Source: a bacterium (GTDB lineage: Bacteria; Bdellovibrionota_C; UBA2361; CALJRW01). From it: a stretch of DNA of 64,000 bases. Shown piece by piece: positions 19,709 to 28,242 of the stretch. The stretch spans positions 1 through 64,000 of the forward strand of contig JANNBC010000013.1 of assembly GCA_031385045.1 (NCBI GenBank), in the 5' to 3' direction. The notes below the pieces were generated by a model. That model ran no database searches. It was not told the DNA's origin and saw only the letters and a list, made by a program, of their open reading frames with translations. A program made the position numbers and the translations under genes. The first letter of the stretch is position 1. Each line of letters starts with the position of its first letter.

Positions 19709-19730
19709 TTTACTCTCCTATTAAAATTTA

Positions 19731-20378
19731 TTAAGCACTTAAATTAATTTCTCTTCCAGTAGCTTGCTCGATGCCTGGCAAGATAGAACGACTTTGAACA
19801 ATCGCTACTCCACTAGCCGTCAACTCACGCAAGGCTTTTAAATCGTCTCCGGGATTAATATTAACTGCGCGCGTTGCATCTAGAATCAACTCCGTTTTGT
19901 ACCCAAGCTCCACAGCATCAAGCGCCGTGGCCTTTACGCAATAATCAAGTGCTAATCCACAAACAGAAACTTCAATATCTCGCGGGGAAATTTGTAATCG
20001 CTTAGCAACATTTTTTAAGAAGCTATCTAATTCCGTTTGATTAAGTTTGGCGTTATCAAAGAAAGCACTATAGCTATCAATCTCAACCTTTGTTCCTTTA
20101 ATAATGACTTGGTCAATTTTATCGCTAGCTAACTGGGGATGAAATTCCGCTCCAAAACTTCCTTGGATACAATGATCTGGCCATGGACCATTTAGATTAT
20201 TAGATGCAAAACTAGAATGATTACTTGGATGCCAGTCCTTACTAGCAATAACTAAATCATAAATACCTGAAGCAATTAACTGGTTGGCAACAGCAACAAC
20301 TTGATCTCCTTGCTCTACAGCTAAATTACCACCAGGACAAAAATCATTTTGTATATCAACTAAAAGTAGTACTTTCAT
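19731..20378 (-). CDS. pncA: Nicotinamidase
   Basis: VDIQNDFCPGG.LAV, DWHP..H.SF, WPDHC, KG...DSYSAF and GLA.DYCVKATA. AGGAG RBS before ATG at 20378. Confidence 0.95.
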   Translation of the reverse strand: MKVLLLVDIQNDFCPGGNLAVEQGDQVVAVANQLIASGIYDLVIASKDWHPSNHSSFASNNLNGPWPDHCIQGSFGAEFHPQLASDKIDQVIIKGTKVEIDSYSAFFDNAKLNQTELDSFLKNVAKRLQISPRDIEVSVCGLALDYCVKATALDAVELGYKTELILDATRAVNINPGDDLKALRELTASGVAIVQSRSILPGIEQATGREINLSA

Positions 20379-20440
20379 TCCTTCTCCTAAAAACATGACT
20401 ATGTTTAGAAGATAAGGATTTTTAGACTTATTTAGAAATG

Positions 20441-20458
20441 AATGTTAAAATTAACAAT
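20441..20458. promoter_or_regulatory. Candidate operator palindrome TGTTAA-AA-TTAACA (site 2)
   Basis: Identical to 11173-11186 and 65 nt upstream of the pncA ATG. Confidence 0.7.
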
Positions 20459-20758
20459 ATATTAACCAAAGCATGTTAATTATAAGGAAAATGCACCCGT
20501 AAAGCACTTTTTTCGGTAAAAATGAAGTATCTTGGGATCAAGATTACAACTACAAGGCCTCATTACAGACTAGAAACTATTATTAATAATTACATTCATA
20601 CCTAAGGCACAGAACCTAAACTTTTAGTCTGTTGCATTAGAAATTATCGAGAAATAGGTTTGATATAATTGTGGTAGCAAAAAGTGCGGAGAAATTTTTT
20701 GTGACTTTTTATCGATTGCTTTTAATTAACAAAGCATTGTTCAAGACGAACTTTTAAA

Positions 20759-21334
20759 TTATCTATAGACACTAGTGCAAGTATCTGAATAATCAAAAGC
20801 GATATACCTATGGAGTTTTTTATAATAAACACTCATGGTAGAATATTCGTAACCCATAACGAAATCTGAATATTCAGTACTTCGAGTGCCATCGCAATGA
20901 TAAGTAAGGAAGCCATATTCTAGGCGATGATCCTCTGGTGGCCGACCATAAATATTACGGCCAAGAAACGACACGAAGATAACATCTGGATTATTTACAA
21001 ATCCTGGCAGTAATTCATTAGTAGAATAACCTCCAAAAATACTCGCTCCATCAGCAGTAAAGGAAACTGATATAGAATGAGAGTCATCTCGATTACCAAT
21101 ACCAACGCCATATGGCAAATCCACTGGAATGTCGGGATGATCTGCTGTAAAAGCTTCCGATGCTGTCATTAATGACCTAAGTTGACTAAGAGCAACAGTA
21201 TCATTAGCCACCCTGCGATAAGTACTAAAGCTTGAGATAGCCATACTTGCCAGAATGCCAATTATTGCAGTCGTCACTAGCAACTCCACTAAGGTAAATC
21301 CTTGATTCATTCTACTAACTTGATAAGTTTTCAT
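20759..21334 (-). CDS. Type IV pilin-like protein
   Basis: QGFTLVELLVTTAIIGILASMAI prepilin motif and a C-terminal Cys pair. Confidence 0.85.
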   Translation of the reverse strand: MKTYQVSRMNQGFTLVELLVTTAIIGILASMAISSFSTYRRVANDTVALSQLRSLMTASEAFTADHPDIPVDLPYGVGIGNRDDSHSISVSFTADGASIFGGYSTNELLPGFVNNPDVIFVSFLGRNIYGRPPEDHRLEYGFLTYHCDGTRSTEYSDFVMGYEYSTMSVYYKKLHRYIAFDYSDTCTSVYR

Positions 21335-21525
21335 TTACTAGCTTATTTTGAACAATTAGCTCCAGACTAGCGCATGCTACATCCTCTTAGAACATAGACG
21401 ATTCTAACCCTATTTTATCACTAACTATTCATGGGTTCAATGATTTGATTTTGACTTAAGGATCAAACGCGCAATTTATCTAAGATAATTTATAAATTTC
21501 TTAAATCAGGGCAACTAAATGAGTA

Positions 21526-21555
21526 ACTTCAGATCGACGATTTGCGATCTGAAGT
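21526..21555 (-). terminator. Hairpin after the ELWxxDGT gene
   Basis: ACTTCAGATCG-8nt-CGATCTGAAGT, an 11-bp stem located 11 nt past the stop. Confidence 0.6.
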
Positions 21556-21566
21556 CTAAGCAAAAC

Positions 21567-24329
21567 TTACTGAAGCTCTAAAACATAGGGCTCCTGACCT
21601 TTACTTTGCGTATAGGCTGAAAAGAATAATTTTTGATTATTATGATAAAAACCTTCTGGATAACTACCATCAGTCCCAGGTAGAATGTCTGCGACAAGAA
21701 CAGTCTTTTCGGCAGTGCCATTAGTTTTCCAAAGTTCTACCCCATTAACAGCATCGTCAGCTTGAAAGAAAATAGACTTCTTCCCTGGAACTTTATAAAA
21801 ATCCGACGCATAAGAATTGCCAGCGCCTGGATTAATATCTTTAAGCATGGTACCAGAACCAACACCCGAACCTGCCGTCCAAGGCTCAGAACCATTGATA
21901 CCATTATCTGCATGAAAAATTACCTGCTGGTTAGAGATCGCCACAAGTTGATTAATACTAGAACCTAGAGCACCAGCGTTAATATCATTTACCAAGACTG
22001 TTCCAGCTTCTGTCCCATCACTAGTCCAAAGCTCTTCCCCATGTACTCCATCATCTGCTAAAAAGAAAAAGGTTCCACCTGAACTAACAAGCGCTCTGGG
22101 ATAAGAGCTTCCAGTCCCAACAGTAATGTCACGAACAATTGTTGTACCAACAGAGGTTCCATCACTAACCCAAAGCTCATTTCCATGCGCCGACTCACTT
22201 GCTACAAAAAACACGCGATCTCCAACGACAACAAACTCTTCCGGCGAAGAACCATTTACTCCAGCACGAATATCAAGCAAGAGATTCGTCCCAGTAGTAG
22301 TGCCATTACTAACCCATAATTCTTCACCATGATCAACATCATGAGCAGCAAATAAAATCTTATGTCCTAAATTAACTATCGTGCCAGAACCAAGAGAACT
22401 CCCTGTCGGATCGATATCCTTAACTAGCTTAGTTCCAGAACTTGTTCCATTAGTTACCCAAAGCTCAGTATTATCAGTGCTATCATTTGCTGTGAAAAAA
22501 TACTTCTTACCAATATGAGCTCTGCTCAGTGTGATATTAGATCCTGAAAACCCTGGATTAATATCTTTTAACAATTTAGTTCCTATTTTAGTTCCGTCAG
22601 AAACCCAAAGCTCCGTACCATGGGCCTTATCTCTAGCAATGAAAATTGCCTGATTAGTCAACCCTAGTCTAATAAATTGCTCAGGCTCAGACTCCCCAGA
22701 TTTGTTAATGTTTTTTAACATCTTAGTTCCTGCTCTAGTTCCGTTTGTTAAATACAACTCTTCGCCCTTTGGCCCCTCAGCAGTAAACAGAACCTGTTCT
22801 CCAATACTTTGAAATCCATATGGATTGCTACTTGAATTTTGATTTGGCAAACTGTCATCAAAAAGAACTCGAGAATTAGCAAGCGTGCCATCAGTAAAAT
22901 AAGCCTGTCGCTTCCGACCAATTGTTGCTGGTAATAATATATTAGTACTCGTTGCTGTTTGAGTTATTAATCCAAGATAAAAGATAGCTTCGCCATTAAA
23001 TGCTGAGGGTTCTCCTGGATTTAAGTCCTGAAATAAATTTGTTCCTGAAGGAGTGCCGTCAGTTAGCCAGAGCTCAGTTCCATGAATGGAATCATTAGCC
23101 GGCATGACTAGCGTAGAATTTCCTCGGTAAATACTATAGATACCCGAGGCGCCTTCTCCAGGAAAGATATCCTTTAGAATTTGAGTACCACCATCCGTCC
23201 CATCAGTTACCCAAGGCTCAGACTCTCCAAGCGTAAGATTATCACAGAGAAAAACATTTTTTCCATTAATTGGACGAAACCCGTTATAAGTGATGCCTGC
23301 AGTATTAAAATAAAGCGAGTAAAGTCCTCCGGGTATGCAATCCAAATCTTTAAAAGAATTCGTCCCAGCGAAAGTCCCATTTGTGGTTTGCAACTTTCCA
23401 GTAATGTTAGGGCCAGCAGCATCAATTGTACTAAACAAAACAGAGGAGGTAATATCTGAAAAATTCGCAGCATAGCTAGATACCGAACCAGCATGAATAT
23501 CTTTCACAAAAGATGTGACAAATCCATCAAATTGCCAAAGCTCGCTACCATGAATGGAGTCATCAGCAGCGAAGACAACCTTACCAATAGCCGAATTATA
23601 GGTATATCCATTTGGATTGGAAGAACCCGTACCAGGATTTATATCAGACAAGATTGAAGGAGGTCCACCCAAAGTGAACCAAGGTTCGCGACCCGAATCA
23701 GCTTTAGTTGCTGTAAAAAAATAATATCCACCAACTTGATAAAAACCATCAGGATCAGAAGAAGCAGCCCCAGGGTTAATATCTCCAAAACTTATTGTTC
23801 CAGCAGCACTACCATCAGAGTACCAGAGCTCACGCCCATTTACTCCATCATCAGCAGCAAACAAAATTGTTGTTGAGCTAGGAATAAGATAAAACTGTTT
23901 TGGTAAAAAGGAGTATGTAATCCCAGAAGCTGAGCCAGGATTAATATCTTTAACCATAGAAGTTCCTAAAGCCGTGCCATCAGAAACCCAAAGCTCAGCA
24001 CCAGTAGCTGGCGTTGTGGCTGTAAAATAAATTCCTGGCTGACCAGAAAGTTGCACTGGAGTAAACCCTAAAGGTTCTGACCCTGCCGCTCCGGGATTAA
24101 TATCCTTAACGAGAACAGTTCCTGCTTCAGTACCATCAGTAACCCATAACTCACTTCCTAGTTCTGGAGTCTTACGGGAGAAGAAAGTCTTTGTTCCAGA
24201 CTGAACGCTAATTAAGCTACTTTGAGCAACACCAATTTTATTTAAATCCCCCAAAGATTTAGGACCCGCCGCATGACAGTTAATTGCAGTAACAAAAATT
24301 ATCAGGAAAGGGAGCAGGGCTTTATTCAT
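21567..24329 (-). CDS. Secreted ELWxxDGT-repeat beta-propeller protein
   Basis: Signal peptide (MNKALLPFLIIFVTAINCHAA) and about 17 repeats of ELW.[ST][DN]GT..GT..[VL]KDI.PG. Confidence 0.9.
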   Translation of the reverse strand: MNKALLPFLIIFVTAINCHAAGPKSLGDLNKIGVAQSSLISVQSGTKTFFSRKTPELGSELWVTDGTEAGTVLVKDINPGAAGSEPLGFTPVQLSGQPGIYFTATTPATGAELWVSDGTALGTSMVKDINPGSASGITYSFLPKQFYLIPSSTTILFAADDGVNGRELWYSDGSAAGTISFGDINPGAASSDPDGFYQVGGYYFFTATKADSGREPWFTLGGPPSILSDINPGTGSSNPNGYTYNSAIGKVVFAADDSIHGSELWQFDGFVTSFVKDIHAGSVSSYAANFSDITSSVLFSTIDAAGPNITGKLQTTNGTFAGTNSFKDLDCIPGGLYSLYFNTAGITYNGFRPINGKNVFLCDNLTLGESEPWVTDGTDGGTQILKDIFPGEGASGIYSIYRGNSTLVMPANDSIHGTELWLTDGTPSGTNLFQDLNPGEPSAFNGEAIFYLGLITQTATSTNILLPATIGRKRQAYFTDGTLANSRVLFDDSLPNQNSSSNPYGFQSIGEQVLFTAEGPKGEELYLTNGTRAGTKMLKNINKSGESEPEQFIRLGLTNQAIFIARDKAHGTELWVSDGTKIGTKLLKDINPGFSGSNITLSRAHIGKKYFFTANDSTDNTELWVTNGTSSGTKLVKDIDPTGSSLGSGTIVNLGHKILFAAHDVDHGEELWVSNGTTTGTNLLLDIRAGVNGSSPEEFVVVGDRVFFVASESAHGNELWVSDGTSVGTTIVRDITVGTGSSYPRALVSSGGTFFFLADDGVHGEELWTSDGTEAGTVLVNDINAGALGSSINQLVAISNQQVIFHADNGINGSEPWTAGSGVGSGTMLKDINPGAGNSYASDFYKVPGKKSIFFQADDAVNGVELWKTNGTAEKTVLVADILPGTDGSYPEGFYHNNQKLFFSAYTQSKGQEPYVLELQ

Positions 24330-24430
24330 AGAGATTGAAAGATTAAAATCGTTGGCCATTGTGGCAAATAAACCAAATTATTGAAACAACTTTTTTATTC
24401 TTTAGGGAGCATTCTCTTAAGTGGTTCGAA

Positions 24431-26830
24431 CTACTGAATATTAAAAAGTCCTTGAGCAAGAGAACTAGATTCCCCATGATCGATCTGCAAATTAATCTCT
24501 CTTAATTTTGCTAACACTAGATGTACAGCCTTTGTTACAATCTCAGCATTCGAATCAACTGAGAATTTAGAATGACTACGTAGTTGAAATGGAACCAAAG
24601 AATGAGCCGATGCTAAATAAGTTTCATCAAAAGAATTTTGCTCAATTGCGTGCATATCAGGATTTCGATCTCGATTTCTAGAATTTACTAGATGGTGATT
24701 TTCTAAATAGACAAAAGCTCCATCAAGGGTTTTTTGAATACTACCATCGTGTAATTCCATTTCCACTGGACCAACAGTTGCGCAGGCTAACCTCTCTCGA
24801 TTTAATGATTCATAGTAGCCATCTTCTTGAAAGCTATATAGCTCCTTGGCAACACTTTGCCGAAGAGGATAAATATCTTGCACACCTTCGATCGAAGCTA
24901 ACTCTGCTAATCTTTTTGAAACCTCCATCATTGCCGATATTTTAGCAACACCACCAAGCCCACTACCAGCATCTAACACTATTTGGGCATGTTCCTGACT
25001 TTGTACATTAAAAGCTACAAGGTCTTGATCCGTAGCTGTTGTTCTTTGTTTTGTGACTTCATCCTTTAAGCTAGTTTTTACCCGAGCTCTTAATTCAACA
25101 CTCTCACCAGCAGGAACTTTTACTAATAAAACACGCTTATCTTGCAGGCAGATTTGCAACTGATCATAATCAAAATCCTGCCGATTAATTCTTAAAAAAA
25201 GATGTCCACTTTCAGCAACAACGATATTTTCTACTAAACGCTGATAGATTAATTCCGCATCAGGAAGTGCCTGAGTCGCTTCTTGATAATTTTTTAAAAG
25301 TGTCACCAGCGTTGGCAGTATTGTTGGATCAGATATTTCCTTAGGAAATTGTTTGACAATTGATTCTGGTAATTGACGAAAGGCATGGAAGTACTCAGCA
25401 TTAATACTTCCTCCTGTGGATAGCAATGCTTGCCGACGCTCAGCTAAAAGCCTAGCTTCTAACTCCTCCTGCAAGGGATAGCCTGCAATATACTCCCCAG
25501 TTCCAACCAGTGCGCCTGCTTTACTTTTTGACGGAACCCCGTCTTGATTGGAAGAAAGTAACTCAAAAAATCCGCCCAAAATTCGATCTGTCTGTTCAGT
25601 AACAATTGGATATTCGCTACGCAATCTTGCTAAGACAGGCTCCCTTCGATCCAAAACACATGGCAAGGTAGACAGTACTACATACATTAAATAATTTTCT
25701 TCTTGAAAAGCTCGCTCCACTCCATGGGTATTACTGACAAATTGAGAGAAGTCTTTGGCATAGGCATGATAAGCCTCTAGCTCAGTGCTAATTGACTGCT
25801 TTAAACTTGGATTGGCATCAAACAACATTCGCCAAGTATAGTTATGCATCGAAGCCGTAGTAACTTCGTAGTTTATTAATAATTTGTTAGCATTTAAATG
25901 ATCGACACTATAAATATCATTGCCCCAATTTTGAAACTCTTTCGTCCGGGCTGCTAAGTCATAGAGCAACCAAGAATGTCCCCAATCATGCGTTGGAATC
26001 ATTAATAAATAAGTCATCGATTGCAACAAAGGGTTTTCGCTTAATGTTTTCTCTGGGAAAGTTTTCTCATGCCATGCCATTAGATTTTGAACAATCTTAT
26101 TATCTAACATATAAAGTGGATAATCTTCTTCAAATCCATCAAATAAGCACTTCCCAACACAAAAACGAAAAACATACCCAGAATCTTTTTGACCTTCTTG
26201 TTTAAATAAACGCGGAGACGCTGTGGCGCTAATACTTAAATCACCAATCTGTGCCTTGCCATTAAACACCTGTGTCTTAGTTAAATCACCAAAACCATAA
26301 GTCCCCGAACTTTTTCCTTCTAATAAATCGGCAACTATCACTGGGGTAGAGTTCATCAGCGTTCGCATCATGAGCATTCGCTGCCTGGCATAAGGCTTGG
26401 GCTGAATGGTTTTTAGATTTTTAAAAAGCCCGACAACTTCGGCTAATTCTACATTCTGCTGATCGGCTATTTGCGCTAATTCTTTAAAGACATGTGGCGT
26501 TAAATGATTATGCTTAGCAAGCAGTTCCTTAAAGTCTTCATCAGCAATTCCTAAACGCTTTGCTAAGACGTAAGAGCGACGCTCATCATTAGCCCAAAGA
26601 CCAACAGCTTGATAATAAGGAGAAAGCCGATCTAATTCTAGATTAACTCTTTCGGCAAAAGTATGAGTCGCTAAAGAAACATTTTTAATAAAACGAATTC
26701 TTTCCTCAGAATCGGCTTGAAAAGCGATATGAAAACCAGAAGGCTCTACGTTACCAAAGGAAAGCCGTGGAGATCCTAAAGAGGCTAAACTAATCTTGGT
26801 TGGTAAACTTGGGGCACTACTAATCTTCAT
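24431..26830 (-). CDS. Hypothetical 799-aa protein with an HDxxH...E motif and a possible C-terminal PGDYG-like repeat
   Basis: Long ORF. THDWGH at 25976-25990 with Glu (NYE) 36 residues later. C-terminal DIYPL...ELY and MHAI..NSFDETY elements. Confidence 0.6.
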   Translation of the reverse strand: MKISSAPSLPTKISLASLGSPRLSFGNVEPSGFHIAFQADSEERIRFIKNVSLATHTFAERVNLELDRLSPYYQAVGLWANDERRSYVLAKRLGIADEDFKELLAKHNHLTPHVFKELAQIADQQNVELAEVVGLFKNLKTIQPKPYARQRMLMMRTLMNSTPVIVADLLEGKSSGTYGFGDLTKTQVFNGKAQIGDLSISATASPRLFKQEGQKDSGYVFRFCVGKCLFDGFEEDYPLYMLDNKIVQNLMAWHEKTFPEKTLSENPLLQSMTYLLMIPTHDWGHSWLLYDLAARTKEFQNWGNDIYSVDHLNANKLLINYEVTTASMHNYTWRMLFDANPSLKQSISTELEAYHAYAKDFSQFVSNTHGVERAFQEENYLMYVVLSTLPCVLDRREPVLARLRSEYPIVTEQTDRILGGFFELLSSNQDGVPSKSKAGALVGTGEYIAGYPLQEELEARLLAERRQALLSTGGSINAEYFHAFRQLPESIVKQFPKEISDPTILPTLVTLLKNYQEATQALPDAELIYQRLVENIVVAESGHLFLRINRQDFDYDQLQICLQDKRVLLVKVPAGESVELRARVKTSLKDEVTKQRTTATDQDLVAFNVQSQEHAQIVLDAGSGLGGVAKISAMMEVSKRLAELASIEGVQDIYPLRQSVAKELYSFQEDGYYESLNRERLACATVGPVEMELHDGSIQKTLDGAFVYLENHHLVNSRNRDRNPDMHAIEQNSFDETYLASAHSLVPFQLRSHSKFSVDSNAEIVTKAVHLVLAKLREINLQIDHGESSSLAQGLFNIQ

Positions 26831-26953
26831 TACAATTTTGATTATACCAAAAAGCTATCCTTAAAAAAGCTACTAAGAATTTAAAATGATTTTTACAGTA
26901 CCCAGCTAATTTTGCTTTTGAGTTGCAATCAGCTTCCTGCTAATATTCCTACC

Positions 26954-27841
26954 ATGGCCGCAACTAGTTTATTTTCCTCACCAATAACTTCCCTCAATCT
27001 AAAATCAGGATTTAGCATTCCTAAGATTGGTCTAGGAACCTGGGGGATTGGAGGATTTGCCCAAGCAGATTTTTCTAATGATACTACTGAAATCGAATCC
27101 CTCCAAAAAGCATTCTATCAAGGATTAAAACATGTCGACTTAGCTGAGTTCTATGGAGCAGGGCATACTGAAGAATTAGTAGGTCAAGCGTTAACTGGAT
27201 TTAAGCGAGAGCAGTTCTTCTTAACATCCAAAGTTCTACCAGCTAATGCTAGTTATGATAATTTACTAAAAGCTGCCGAAGGTTCGCTGCAAAGATTAAA
27301 AACAGATTACTTAGATCTTTATCTACTACATGGGCCAAGCCTAGAAATTCCTATCGCTGAAACAATGTTAGCACTCAATAAATTAAAGGCAGAAGGGATC
27401 ATCAAAAACATTGGCGTTAGTAATTTCTCTCCGGAACGCCTAAGCGAAGCACAACGACACTCCCCAGCTAAAATCCTTGTTAATCAAGTACAATATAATC
27501 TTCAAGAACGAGAAGCAGAAGACCGGGGAGTATTACGCTACTGCCAAGAAAACGATTTAGCCTTGATTGCTTGGAGACCTTTAGCTCTAGGCTCACTTAG
27601 TAACAATGAATCTAACATCCTAAGTCAGATTGCTAAAAAGCATTCCGCAACAAATGCTCAAATCGCTTTAGCTTGGCTGGTCTCACAGGATAATGTTGGA
27701 ACAATTTTTAAATGTAGTAATCCCCAACACCTCTTAGAAAACCTAGGCTCACTAAAAATAATACTTAGTCCTGAAGAAATTGAATTGCTAAGAAAAGATT
27801 TTCCGAATCAAATTAAAATACCCAAGCGCCCCTTGCTTTAG
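26954..27841 (+). CDS. Aldo/keto reductase
   Basis: IGLGTWG, D.AEFYG.GH.EELVG, LTSKV, DYLDLYLLH, IGVSNF and AQIALAW. Confidence 0.92.
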   Translation: MAATSLFSSPITSLNLKSGFSIPKIGLGTWGIGGFAQADFSNDTTEIESLQKAFYQGLKHVDLAEFYGAGHTEELVGQALTGFKREQFFLTSKVLPANASYDNLLKAAEGSLQRLKTDYLDLYLLHGPSLEIPIAETMLALNKLKAEGIIKNIGVSNFSPERLSEAQRHSPAKILVNQVQYNLQEREAEDRGVLRYCQENDLALIAWRPLALGSLSNNESNILSQIAKKHSATNAQIALAWLVSQDNVGTIFKCSNPQHLLENLGSLKIILSPEEIELLRKDFPNQIKIPKRPLL

Positions 27842-27865
27842 ATTATGCAAGCTAGGCAAATAGTA

Positions 27866-28213
27866 TTATTGCTCAGCTACGCGTATAACAATATCTTCTA
27901 GTACTACTTGAGCAAGGCGATCCTTCCAGACATCTGATTTTTGGGCAGTTAGAATAAGCTCATCTTTAATAAACTTAGCGATGGCTGGTGACAAGTTAAG
28001 ACTCAGCGAATCGGCCATGCCGGAACGAATAATTAAACTAAGTAGTGCGCTGCCCCCACCAGATATTGCTTGCCCACCAAGTGCCTTAGAAATAATATCT
28101 TTTTCTGCTAAGAGCAGATGAACAGAGACTTGTTGAACAACGCCTAGAGCATTCATACGATTTTGCAAAATAAACTTCTGGGTAAATTTACCACGAGAAT
28201 TAGCCTTACTCAA
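27866..28213 (-). CDS. Hypothetical protein
   Basis: 115-aa ORF co-oriented just downstream of glpD, with no recognised motif. Confidence 0.45.
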   Translation of the reverse strand: MSKANSRGKFTQKFILQNRMNALGVVQQVSVHLLLAEKDIISKALGGQAISGGGSALLSLIIRSGMADSLSLNLSPAIAKFIKDELILTAQKSDVWKDRLAQVVLEDIVIRVAEQ

Positions 28214-28242
28214 TTAACAGAGAGCAGTATTTTTATTAATTT

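Noticed and set aside
6769..20378. Phage-type NARP1/NARP2 NAD reconstitution pathway or Thoeris
   Set aside because: No PRPP-synthetase-like Adps, Nampt/Nmnat, TIR or SIR2 genes were recognised, and there are no phage genes nearby.
21567..24329. Repeated DNA motifs as a possible CRISPR array or tandem repeat
   Set aside because: The repeats are degenerate, in frame and explained by ELWxxDGT protein repeats.
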